Positions 20,800 through 30,179 of a stretch of DNA of 64,000 nt are shown in pieces. Every line of letters starts with the position of its first letter. The stretch's first letter is position 1. This DNA comes from Limnochordia bacterium (lineage in GTDB: Bacteria; Bacillota; Limnochordia; DTU080): assembly GCA_050951545.1 (NCBI GenBank), contig JBMNJG010000010.1:1-64000 (forward strand), given 5' to 3'. Under the pieces are notes generated by a model. It was given only the letters and a program-made list of their open reading frames with translations. It had not been told where the DNA came from and searched no databases. The position numbers and the translations under genes were made by a program.

Positions 20800-20834
20800 G
20801 CCGCCTGGGCGGGGTTCCACCCAGGCGGCCTTTC
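20800..20834 (+). terminator. Probable terminator hairpin after GH42
   Basis: GCCGCCTGGG (20800-09) / CCCAGGCGGC (20820-29), then CTTTC. Confidence 0.55.
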
Positions 20835-20979
20835 ACCGCGATGCGAATGGACACGATGCTTGCGGGATAACACGAGAAACCAGCCATGGGGTGAGTCTCT
20901 GTATGCGCGATCGCAGCCTCAATGCTGGGCATGGCGCTGCGGGCTTGACATGCGACTTGAGCACGTGAGTTATCTTTGG

Positions 20980-23900
20980 CTAGTACGTGCGAATCCCGAG
21001 GCTGACTTCTTCCATACGAAACGCGTGGGCAGCCGCCAGCGATCCTATGTCGAGCCTGAATGCGGTAGCGTCCATCCCTTGCGGCCCTTGCCCTGTTAGG
21101 ACGAACTTTGTCCATCCATCCTCTGTGGTGCCCATAGCCTCGACATCAAAGGGCAGACTGACCCACTCCGAGACGCCAACCGCCGCCATCATCTTCACGA
21201 TGGCATCGATCTGGGTTTCTTTGGAATAGACAACGACCTCAAAGCTACGCAGCCCTGGAGCCTGCCACATCAGGTACTCTTCACGATCAGATGTCTTCAC
21301 CTTACCTGTAACGCCCTGAAAAGCGGGAGCTTCCAGATCAGCAGCATAGGCCCATCCGTCGGACTCCGCCTCAGTCATGCTGTTGTCGTAGGTAATCGTC
21401 GTGCCAAAAAGCGTGATCTGCTCAGGCGGCTTCAGCTCGTCTCTCATCACTTCCCAGTTGCGCACTGTAAACGCCACGTCCCGCCGGGTTGTCGCACCCT
21501 CATCGTCGACGACCTCAACTGAGATACTGTGTTTCCCGTCTGGCAGAGACAGCGTGTCCACATGCAAGTCTAGGACTTCCTCAAGGTCGCGCGTCACCAA
21601 CACGGGCTGCCCGTCTATGGCCACTTCAAGTCGTTCAATCGCCCAAGAGGGTTCATCGCTCACAGCAGGGTACTGCGCAACGACGAGATCCACCACCATG
21701 TCCCCGGAGATCCCCCTCCCTGCAGCCGGCGAGACAATGTCGATGTGACCTCTTTGCATCTGAGCCAGCTTCTGCTGCCACTCCACCGTATTTCCAGCCT
21801 CTGCTGGCAAAATGGCCGCCTCATCGAGCCAATACGTATCGCCTTGTTTCGATGCTGATAAAGCCTCTATGCCGAGTCTCTGCAACACTTGCACGTCAGG
21901 AAACTGTTCTCGCATCAGGCGCGCATCCATGAGCAAGGTGTGCCACTCGCCATCATCAATCAGTTCGTATGGCATCGACTGACCTGAGCGAGTGCTGCGT
22001 TGGCTAGCAGTTGCCGCCACCCACATTCGTTGCCCCGCTCCGCTCATGCTCCGAAAAGCATCCAGGTATATGCCAATGGGCGTGCCGGGCAAAACTCGAT
22101 AGCGCAGGTAAATCCATGGGTAGCGATCAATATCCCATTCGGCCGGAGCCAACTTCACTGGCAAGGTCCCGCCGCCAGGGTTGGAGATCCGAAGCGCGCC
22201 GTTTCGCGACACCGGATCCAGCTCGCGCTCCCAATCAGTCGGTGTGGGCCTATACGACTTCCAGTTCCACCACCAGTCCGCGTCGTCGGCATCGAAAGTG
22301 GAATGCAGCAGAGGATCATCAATCGCCCGCGGTGCCTCCACGACGACATAGCCTGTACCACGATGGATATCACCAGATGCGGTCGTTACTCTCACACGTA
22401 TCGGATAGTCATATGACTCTGCGTAGCGATGCCTCAGCTCCGCACCAACAGCCATGGTGCCGTCTCCGAGCTGCCAGCGAATCTCCACAGGGTCATCAAT
22501 GCCGAGAAGCACCACATGCAGGCGCACTTCCTCACCTGGCTCGGCGATGAAGGGATCAGTCATGATCTGCACCGACGGCCGCCCATGTGGGCCGTACTCG
22601 TACACACCGATATCCGGGCCGTCCCCGCCCCACGGCAAGCTGACAGGCGCACCGTCGTCCCAGCGCACACTCCGATCTAGCGTCAGTTCGTTCCTCGTAC
22701 GATCAACCTTGACGACGCGTGCCGTCTTCTCGGCTCGGCCGATGGCGATCAGATCGCCAACTTCGCCTTCGATGCCGAATCCGTCATAGAAGAAACCTGC
22801 GTCTTCTACTGGGAGGACGCGTCCTTCGCCAGTGCCAACAGCCGACGTCAGAAAGCGCCCGCTGTCAAGAAGCGGACTGTCTGTAGCGAGCGCATGGTTG
22901 TACTGCGTTTCGTCGACGAACCGTGGGTCGACAGCAAGATTGCCAGCGAAGTGCACCGCCCTGTTGGACATGGAAAGCTGACCCCAACTGTCACTTTCGA
23001 CGGTGTCAACGGCCAGCGAATGGCTACCGAAACCGATCGTGGCCTCAATACTGGGGTCTTGGGCTATGACCACGTTGTTAAGAAAGCGAATACGTGGCTC
23101 CAACTCTCCCTGCGGATTGGCCTCCGGACTCCCTGTGCCAGTGAACTGAACCTGACAGTGATTCCCATGCACGTCGTTCCGAGAGAAGACATTGTTGACA
23201 TACTTCACGTCCCCAACATTCGCCGCGGAGACGCTGCCCGACAAACCGTACTCCAAGTTGCCATCGAACACGTTGTGGTAGAGACGAATCCCCCGAAATT
23301 GCCACTCGGTTCCAGGACTGGCGCTAATGGGCCCGCCCCAGTTACGGAATACCCGGTTGAAGCGGAAAATGCCACGCCGTGACAGAATCTTGGCGTTAGA
23401 CGAGGCCGAACGACCGCCGTCATAGGAATTCGTTACGATGTTTCCTTCAAAAAGCAGGTCTTGTGTGGCGAAGAACTCGAAGGCTCGCCCCCACGCAGGA
23501 TGGAACACGTTGTCTCGCACGACCACATATTGATTGGAGCCCACCGGATAAAACTGCAGTGGACTGTGGCCGGTGCGGGATATGGCATTCCCCTCAAATA
23601 GAACCCACTTCGAGTGGCTGACCCGGGCCATGTTGTGGCCCACATAGCGCCTGATCACACTGTCGCGCACTTGAACCTGCTCGCTGTTGTTGATCAAGAA
23701 AGGCATGGAGCCGCTGGCATCTTCCATCAACGCATCCGTGATGCGAATGTGTTTGGAGCCGTCAACGAGCAGCCAGCGTCCCTGTGTCGACATGGGCTTG
23801 ATATGCAGGCCTTCGATGTGGATATGCTCGACGTGCGATAGCTGCAGTGCGTATGCAGAACCATACTCCCCGACAAGCTGAGCCGTTCGGCGCTCGAGCG

Positions 23901-24744
23901 CCCTAAAGGTGATCGGCGCCGCGGCTGTTCCGCTACGCGTCGGGCGAAGCGTCCCGTGATAGACACCTGGAAGCAAGAGTACCGTGTCGCCAGGAATGGC
24001 CTGTGCCGCCGCGTGAGTGAGCGTGGCCCACGGTGCCTCCAAGGAACCCGCCTGTTGGTCGTTACCGTCGGGCGACACGTAGAAGGTGCTTGGGTCACGG
24101 TCTGGCCTTTCCACTGCGTCCTCGGAGTCGACTCTCACCAGTTCAACGTCGTCAAACCAGATCTTGCCCTCCTGCGCCAACCACGCGTATAACCCCACAT
24201 GCACACCGTAGTCGCCTGCCTCTGGCCAGGTGAACATCAGTGACGCCTGACGCCACTCCTGGCTTGGCGGCAGATCTAGGTAGAGGTTATCAGCCTTTCC
24301 CGCCAACGTTCTGCGCTCCACGGCTAGCTTCCCCAAGAGGTCGCCCTCCGTACGGTAGTACGCGAAAAACCGGTACTGCGCCCCGCGTACTGCCCTACCA
24401 TCGGCGTCCCCAACAAGCCTCTGGTGATACCAAGCCACTCTCGCTGCTTTGGCACCGGATCCCTCCAGAGCAGCGGCCACGTCGATCAAGGCCGCGAACC
24501 GCCCGCTGCGGGCCGCGGTCGATACCTGTAACCCCTTGGGCGATCCCAAAGGCGCATACCGTCCCCAGCCTACCGGATCGCCCTCGGCAACATCCTCGAA
24601 CCCCGGATACATCAGCAGATTACCGTTTTCGGCACCGCATACTGCGTGATCTAGCGTGAGCACCAGTATGCAGGTAACGATGACCAAGGCCAGATCATGA
24701 AACCGATAAGTCACACCATTCCTCCTCACGCATGCGAAGCTCAC
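20980..24744 (-). CDS. 1254-aa secreted protein: CBM4/9-like domain, right-handed beta-helix (pectate-lyase-like/DUF1565), PKD domain, Ig-like domain and conserved C-terminal domain
   Basis: NGNLL.YPGFE...IWFDDVEL; TFYVSPDGND..AGS.EAPWATL..A; PGDTVLLLPGVY; GPDIGVYE; WQLGDGT...HRY. Confidence 0.75.
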   Translation of the reverse strand: MSFACVRRNGVTYRFHDLALVIVTCILVLTLDHAVCGAENGNLLMYPGFEDVAEGDPVGWGRYAPLGSPKGLQVSTAARSGRFAALIDVAAALEGSGAKAARVAWYHQRLVGDADGRAVRGAQYRFFAYYRTEGDLLGKLAVERRTLAGKADNLYLDLPPSQEWRQASLMFTWPEAGDYGVHVGLYAWLAQEGKIWFDDVELVRVDSEDAVERPDRDPSTFYVSPDGNDQQAGSLEAPWATLTHAAAQAIPGDTVLLLPGVYHGTLRPTRSGTAAAPITFRALERRTAQLVGEYGSAYALQLSHVEHIHIEGLHIKPMSTQGRWLLVDGSKHIRITDALMEDASGSMPFLINNSEQVQVRDSVIRRYVGHNMARVSHSKWVLFEGNAISRTGHSPLQFYPVGSNQYVVVRDNVFHPAWGRAFEFFATQDLLFEGNIVTNSYDGGRSASSNAKILSRRGIFRFNRVFRNWGGPISASPGTEWQFRGIRLYHNVFDGNLEYGLSGSVSAANVGDVKYVNNVFSRNDVHGNHCQVQFTGTGSPEANPQGELEPRIRFLNNVVIAQDPSIEATIGFGSHSLAVDTVESDSWGQLSMSNRAVHFAGNLAVDPRFVDETQYNHALATDSPLLDSGRFLTSAVGTGEGRVLPVEDAGFFYDGFGIEGEVGDLIAIGRAEKTARVVKVDRTRNELTLDRSVRWDDGAPVSLPWGGDGPDIGVYEYGPHGRPSVQIMTDPFIAEPGEEVRLHVVLLGIDDPVEIRWQLGDGTMAVGAELRHRYAESYDYPIRVRVTTASGDIHRGTGYVVVEAPRAIDDPLLHSTFDADDADWWWNWKSYRPTPTDWERELDPVSRNGALRISNPGGGTLPVKLAPAEWDIDRYPWIYLRYRVLPGTPIGIYLDAFRSMSGAGQRMWVAATASQRSTRSGQSMPYELIDDGEWHTLLMDARLMREQFPDVQVLQRLGIEALSASKQGDTYWLDEAAILPAEAGNTVEWQQKLAQMQRGHIDIVSPAAGRGISGDMVVDLVVAQYPAVSDEPSWAIERLEVAIDGQPVLVTRDLEEVLDLHVDTLSLPDGKHSISVEVVDDEGATTRRDVAFTVRNWEVMRDELKPPEQITLFGTTITYDNSMTEAESDGWAYAADLEAPAFQGVTGKVKTSDREEYLMWQAPGLRSFEVVVYSKETQIDAIVKMMAAVGVSEWVSLPFDVEAMGTTEDGWTKFVLTGQGPQGMDATAFRLDIGSLAAAHAFRMEEVSLGIRTY

Positions 24745-25072
24745 CTATTTGCCCGAAAGGATGGCGTTGACCATCGCCATCCATAGGTGGCCGATTCCAG
24801 CACGGGTGCCAGGAACTCCCGTCTCTCTGCTTGATTGATACATCCCATCTTGTGCACACATTCGGCGCCTGTATTTGATATCCTTTACGTTTTACGCCTT
24901 CTTACCTTCGTAAGCCAAAGCATTGGGTACTGCAGTAAATCGTGCTCTCGGCATCTGTTGGTGAAGTGCGTTCGCGTCACTAGCAAGCCTGGTGGGATCC
25001 GCAGAGGGTTTCGAATAGAGAAGTCGAATCACGTGTCGGAAGCAAGCCTGTAGAAACAGTATGTAGGAAGGG

Positions 25073-25747
25073 TTGATCAGCTTGAACCAACGACTGTTGG
25101 TAATCGCTATGATGCTTGCTGCCTGCGGGCTTGTGATTTCTTTCGAAGTGAAAGTGCAAGCTGCAGCCAACGGAAATCTCCTCGCCTATCCGGGCTTTGA
25201 GGAGATCGCCAACGGTGCCCCAGCGGGTTGGGGACGGTACGCCCCTGTCGGTTCTCCAAAAGGGCTGCAAGTATCCACTGAGGCCCGAACCGGAAAATAC
25301 GCCGCACTGATTGATGTCGCCGCCTCTCTGGCAGACTCAGACGTCAAGGCCGCTAGAGTGGCCTGGTACCACCAGCGAATACCCGGCGATGCGGATGGCC
25401 AGGCCGAACGCGGAGCACAGTATCGCTTCTCGGCGTACTACCGGACAGAGGGCAACCTCAAAGGTACGCTGGCAGTAGAACGTAGAACGCTTGCTGGCAA
25501 ACTTGACAACGCCTATCTTGATCTGTCTCCAACCAAGGAGTGGCGACAAGCAACACTCGTCTTCACGTGGCCCGAAGCGGGCGATTATGGAGTCCACGTA
25601 GGATTGTATGCGTGGTTGGCTACAGAGGGCAAAATCTGGTTTGATGATGTCGAGCTTGTAAAGCTCGACAGAGATAGCGTGCCAGATTCCATCGCCAGAT
25701 CTGGGGGTAGCTCCACTGGATTTCGATCTAAGCAAGGCCACCTTTGA
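25073..25747 (+). CDS. Signal peptide plus CBM4/9-like domain; probably the frameshifted N-terminus of the downstream lyase
   Basis: The domain closely matches the N-terminal domain of 20980..24744. The downstream lyase frame is open from 25662. Confidence 0.65.
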   Translation: MISLNQRLLVIAMMLAACGLVISFEVKVQAAANGNLLAYPGFEEIANGAPAGWGRYAPVGSPKGLQVSTEARTGKYAALIDVAASLADSDVKAARVAWYHQRIPGDADGQAERGAQYRFSAYYRTEGNLKGTLAVERRTLAGKLDNAYLDLSPTKEWRQATLVFTWPEAGDYGVHVGLYAWLATEGKIWFDDVELVKLDRDSVPDSIARSGGSSTGFRSKQGHL

Positions 25748-25748
25748 C

Positions 25749-28016
25749 GTGCCGTCTCTATCTGAGCTGCGTGGGCGCATTCCATCTGCACACCCTCGCC
25801 TTTTCGTACGACCCGAGAGCTTGAACGACCTGCGTGAGAAACGCAAGCGATCTGCAATGGCCCAGTTGACCTGGCAAAACATCCGTGGTCAAGCGATGGG
25901 CGCTCTTCATTCAGTGATGCCCGCTGAACCACCCAACGCCAGGCCTGGTGGCGTAGGGGACATCACCGCCTGGCGAGAAGGCATCGCCATCGCGGATGAT
26001 GTCCTAAAAAGACTTCATTCCCTCGGTTTCACCTATCTGATGACAGAAGAAGAAACCTATGGACAAGCAGGAAAAAAGCTTCTGTTGCATGTGGCGGCTT
26101 GGGATCCCTACGGGACAAGCGGTCGAGCCCTCAATGATGAGATCTCCATGCGCCTGCTCTACGGCATGAGTCGAGCCTATGACTGGTTGTACCCGGTGCT
26201 GACAGAGGAAGAGCGCAACGTCGTCCGGCAGAGCATGCGTGAACGTGGCAATGACGTCTACCTGACGATGCGGCGCTCCAATTTCGAGGATCATCTACTC
26301 AATAACCATCTTGTCCGGTCCATGGGCTTTCTTGGTGAAGCCGCTATCGCCTTTTTGGGTGAGTTCCCCGAGGCGGAGATTTGGTTTGACTACATCGTTT
26401 CACTTTTTGTATTGAGATACCCGGCCTTTGGCGGCGATGAGGGTGGTTGGTCGCAGGGGGTCAGCTACTGGCAGCACTACATTTCCTGGGTCCTGGAGTT
26501 CCTGGATGCCTTTAAGATCGCTACCGAAGTTGACCTTTACCAGAAACCATTCTTCCGTAACACTGGTTACTTCAAGCTGTATGCGCATCCACCGAAGAGC
26601 AAGTTCGGCGCCTTCGGAGATCACTGCGACAGCCCACCAGGCCAGGTAGCGGCACAGGTCGTCAGCTGGCTGGCCACAGCTTTCAGTGACCCTGCACTTC
26701 AGTGGTATGCATCGGAGATCTCAGGGATGGGGCGGATACCACTCCTGCCAACGAACAGTTTCATTGGCTATATCAAAGCGTTTGAGACCCCTGATGCGCT
26801 GATTGCGCCAGCATTGCCGGACGACCTCCCGCAGTCCCGGCTTTTTAGTGATATCGGCTGGGCGCTGATGAACGTGGAAATGCGTGACTGGAACAACAAC
26901 GTCCATGTCAAGTTCAAGAGTAGCCCCTACGGCTCACATAGCCACAACCACGCAGACCAAAACAGTTTCATTATCGAAGCCTACGGCTCGCCCCTGGCCA
27001 TCTCGTCGGGCTACTATCCCTGGTATGGGAGTCCACACCACAAAACGTGGACCTGGGAAAGCAGGTCTAAGAATACGATCCTGGTCGACGGCCAGGGTCA
27101 GGGCGTCCAGAGTATCGAGGCCAAGGGCGACATCGTGGCTGCAAGCTTCGGATCGCAGTTCGATTACGTGCTCGGCGATGCCACACCCAGCTATCAGGGA
27201 CGCCTGCAGCGTTTCTTGCGCCACCTGTGGTTTGTGAAGCCAAACCTGATTGTCATCTACGACCAGCTAGAGTCGGGTGGAACGGATACCACCTACGACT
27301 GGCTCCTCCATACCCTTGACGAAATGGTGGTGGAATCGGAGCACAATCGCGTATGCGTGCCAGCCAAGACAGCTGAGATGTGGGTATCGTTTGTGACGCC
27401 TGAGCAGCTCTCCTTTGATCTGACAGACCAGTTCACGGTGCCTCCGGAAGAGCGAGATGCGCACAAACCAAACCAGTGGCATCTCACTGCCCGAGCGAAC
27501 TCTCAGACGGGTGAGGGCAGGTTTCTGACTGTGCTGGTGCCCCGCCCGATTGCTGAGGCAAAAGAGGCGCCACCTGTTGTGCGTGCCCTGCCAGCAACCA
27601 ACGGACATGGCGTCGCTGTAGATCTCAAGAACCGTTCTTTCACGATGGCTTTCCGCGACGATGCGACAGCGCCACTGGCGTTAGAGGGATTTGTGGCCGA
27701 AGCGACGGCGCTGGCCACCTGGAAGGAAGGTGCACAGGAGGGCTTGATGGTCATCGCGGGGCAGCGAGTTGAGCAAGACGGAAAGCTCCGGCTGTCTGCG
27801 GACCAGCCTGTAGACCTTGGAGCAACTTGGCAGTGTGTCGGTGAGACCGCAAGTCTCATGCTGCAAATCGCGGCGGAAACCAGTGCCACGATAGAACTCG
27901 CCTTAGCCTGCCAGCCGGAGACCGTGATGGTCAACGATCGTCCAATTGACACGTGGACGTATGAGGCAGGGATCGTGCGAGTCGAGATCCAAGAGTCAGC
28001 TAACTCGCAGCTCTAG
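25749..28016 (+). CDS. DUF4962/heparinase II/III-like polysaccharide lyase (oligoalginate-lyase-like)
   Basis: IPSAHPRLF, GGDEGGWSQGVSYW, FKSSPYGSHSHNHADQNSF, SGYYPWYGSPHH, NTILVDGQGQ. Confidence 0.85.
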   Translation: MPSLSELRGRIPSAHPRLFVRPESLNDLREKRKRSAMAQLTWQNIRGQAMGALHSVMPAEPPNARPGGVGDITAWREGIAIADDVLKRLHSLGFTYLMTEEETYGQAGKKLLLHVAAWDPYGTSGRALNDEISMRLLYGMSRAYDWLYPVLTEEERNVVRQSMRERGNDVYLTMRRSNFEDHLLNNHLVRSMGFLGEAAIAFLGEFPEAEIWFDYIVSLFVLRYPAFGGDEGGWSQGVSYWQHYISWVLEFLDAFKIATEVDLYQKPFFRNTGYFKLYAHPPKSKFGAFGDHCDSPPGQVAAQVVSWLATAFSDPALQWYASEISGMGRIPLLPTNSFIGYIKAFETPDALIAPALPDDLPQSRLFSDIGWALMNVEMRDWNNNVHVKFKSSPYGSHSHNHADQNSFIIEAYGSPLAISSGYYPWYGSPHHKTWTWESRSKNTILVDGQGQGVQSIEAKGDIVAASFGSQFDYVLGDATPSYQGRLQRFLRHLWFVKPNLIVIYDQLESGGTDTTYDWLLHTLDEMVVESEHNRVCVPAKTAEMWVSFVTPEQLSFDLTDQFTVPPEERDAHKPNQWHLTARANSQTGEGRFLTVLVPRPIAEAKEAPPVVRALPATNGHGVAVDLKNRSFTMAFRDDATAPLALEGFVAEATALATWKEGAQEGLMVIAGQRVEQDGKLRLSADQPVDLGATWQCVGETASLMLQIAAETSATIELALACQPETVMVNDRPIDTWTYEAGIVRVEIQESANSQL

Positions 28017-28276
28017 TCTGCCTCTTCGAGTCGAGTGCGTACCTTTTTCGCTATCGGCAGCAGATGCTTGCGGACAACGTCGTTGCGCACGCCCAGCTCC
28101 CGACCGACATCTGCTTGTGAGAGCCCTTGGATGTAGAGCATGGCCACCTCACGTTCCGGGTGCCTCCAATCGAAGTCGTTCGTTGCCAGGGCAAACTCCA
28201 GAACTCGGTGCAGTCGGTGAACCCTTCCCTCCCATACGTCGATCGCTGTGATCTGGAGACTGGGAGTAAAGAGCCG
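28013..28276 (-). pseudogene. Remnant of a sigma-70-family factor (region 4 HTH)
   Basis: The open frame, absent from the ORF track, reads ..HPEREVAMLYIQGLSQADVGRELGVRNDVVRKHLLPIAKKVRTRLEEAD*. It has an in-frame TAG at 28277-79 and no intact 5' part. Confidence 0.5.
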
Positions 28277-28576
28277 CTACCCACTCACCGTGTGTATGAC
28301 GTGAGGGCACAGCCCAGCTAAGTCTGGTTGAGCCAGCCGTTGCCCGCAAGCTACAGCCTATGGCGTACTCCCGCAAGCCACGGCGGGCTGAGGAGAGCGC
28401 GTCAAGCAAGCGCTCAGCTTGTCACAAACACCCAAACCCCTTAGGGCCAGATGTGCTGTGTTGCCACGTTTCGCCATGACATGCCGATTCGCCTGGCCTT
28501 GAACCCCACTGGAGGATTCACCCCTATGCCGGGATCCCCTTGAACCCCCGACGGCGACATCAGAGAGGCCACCACC

Positions 28577-30065
28577 GGGACTACACACGGAACCGCGGTG
28601 ATCCGCCTACGTTCGCTTGGATTGGTGGTAAGAACCTAGCGATGCGGTCTTCGCGAAGCCCTTTTTGCTCATTTTGACCGCCCGAAGGGCTCTTTTCCCC
28701 GCCTAAGGGCACACTTTCCCGCCTTGATTCCGCTTCTGGAGCCTCCGGGCGGTACATAACCGAACAGTGTCGCTCGCCTTTTTCCACTCAGCCGATTTGG
28801 GGTCAGCTCCCCAGTGCGCGATCACGGCGGGCTCACTCGGGTCCCTCTGCGGACCGACCCTTCGGTGTTGCCCCGGTCGGTGCATTTCGAAAAAGGTGGA
28901 CAGATGCAATGGACGCGCTCGCGAAACAGGCCCTGCAGTCAGACAACAGCCGGCTTGGTATGTGAGGCCAGGCCAAGAATCCGACCGCGATGGCAAAAGA
29001 GCCGCCTCATTAACCCCCGGGCCCAATGTACGTGGTAAAAGTGCAGCGATGCGGCCTTCGCGGAGCCCTTTTTGCTCATTTTGACCGCCCGAAGGGCTCA
29101 TTTCCCCGCCAAAGAGCACGCTTTCCCGCCTTGATTCCGCTTCTGGGGCTACCGGGCAGCACATAACCGAACGGTGGTGACTGCCTTTTTCCCACTCAGC
29201 CGATTTGGGGTCAGCTCCCCAGTGCGCGATCACGGCGGGCTCACTCAGGTCCCTCTGCGGACCGACCCTTCGGTGTTGCCCCGGTCGGTGCATTTCGAAA
29301 AAGGTGGACAGATGCAATGGACGCGCTCGCGAAACAGGCTCGGTGGTCGGACAACAGCCGGCTTGGTATGTGAGGCCAGGCTAAGGATGCGGCCGCGATG
29401 GCAAGAGAGCCGCCTCATTAGCCTCCGGGGCCAATGTACGTGGTAAAAGTGCAGCGATGCGGCCTTCGCGAAGCCCTTTTGGCTCATTTTGACCGCCCGA
29501 AGGGCCTATTTCCCCGCCTAAGGGCACGCTTTCCCGCCTTGATTTCGCTTCTGGAGCCTCCGGGCGGTACATAACCGAACAGTGTCGCTCGCCTTTTTCC
29601 ACTCAGCCGATGGGGTCAGCTCCCCAGTGCGCGATCACAGCGGGCTCGCTCGGGTCCCTCTGCGGACCGACCCTTCGCTGCTTGCCCCGGTCGGTGCATT
29701 TCGAAAGAAGGTGGACGAGATGCAATGGACGCGCTCGCGAAACAGGCCCTGCAGTCAGACACCACCCGGATTGGTACGTGAGTCGGGGCCAAGAATCCGA
29801 CCGCCATGGCAAAAGAGCCGCCTCATTAACCCCCGGGCCCAATGTACGTGGTAAAAGTGCAGCGATGCGGCCTTCGCGAAGCCCTTTTTGCTCATTTTGA
29901 CCGCCCGAAGGGCTCATTTCCCCGCCCAAGAGCACGCTTTCCCGCCTCTGGTGGCCCTTCTGGAGCTACTGGGCAGTACATAACCCGACGCCAGTGGTGA
30001 TAGCCTTTTTCCACTCAGCCGATGATCCGAGGGCGAAATGCTGTCGACTCCCAGTGGCCACCGGG
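28577..30065 (+). repeat. Tandem array A of ~408-bp units: leader, 3 full units and a partial fourth
   Basis: Anchor AGCGATGCGG at 28638, 29045, 29453 and 29861 (periods 407, 408, 408). Clear similarity ends at ~30023 and is degenerate to ~30065. Confidence 0.95.
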
Positions 30066-30106
30066 TCTTAGTCGGCAATGCGCGCGTTTTCAGCGAAAGC
30101 TGTGGA

Positions 30107-30131
30107 AGGATTCTGGCCTCACGTACCGAAG
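30107..30131 (+). promoter_or_regulatory. SigH-like promoter for the HTH-nuclease gene
   Basis: AGGA (30107-10), 17 nt, GAAG (30128-31); the same geometry recurs upstream of many genes in this window. Confidence 0.5.
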
Positions 30132-30179
30132 ATCGCATCGAGACAATCGAACACACGGTCGTTTTGTGAGGTGAGGCCC

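Noticed and set aside
28497-28547. CCTTGAACCCC direct repeat near the array leader as a target duplication
   Set aside because: Both copies are on the same side of the array and absent beside array B.
28577-30065. CRISPR or TIGR-like array
   Set aside because: Units are ~408 bp, similar along their whole length, with no unique spacers. No cas or Nop-domain gene is present.
30078-30179. ORF-track start at 30078
   Set aside because: A SigH-like promoter lies within it, and GAGGTG precedes TTG 30180 just before the first HTH repeat.
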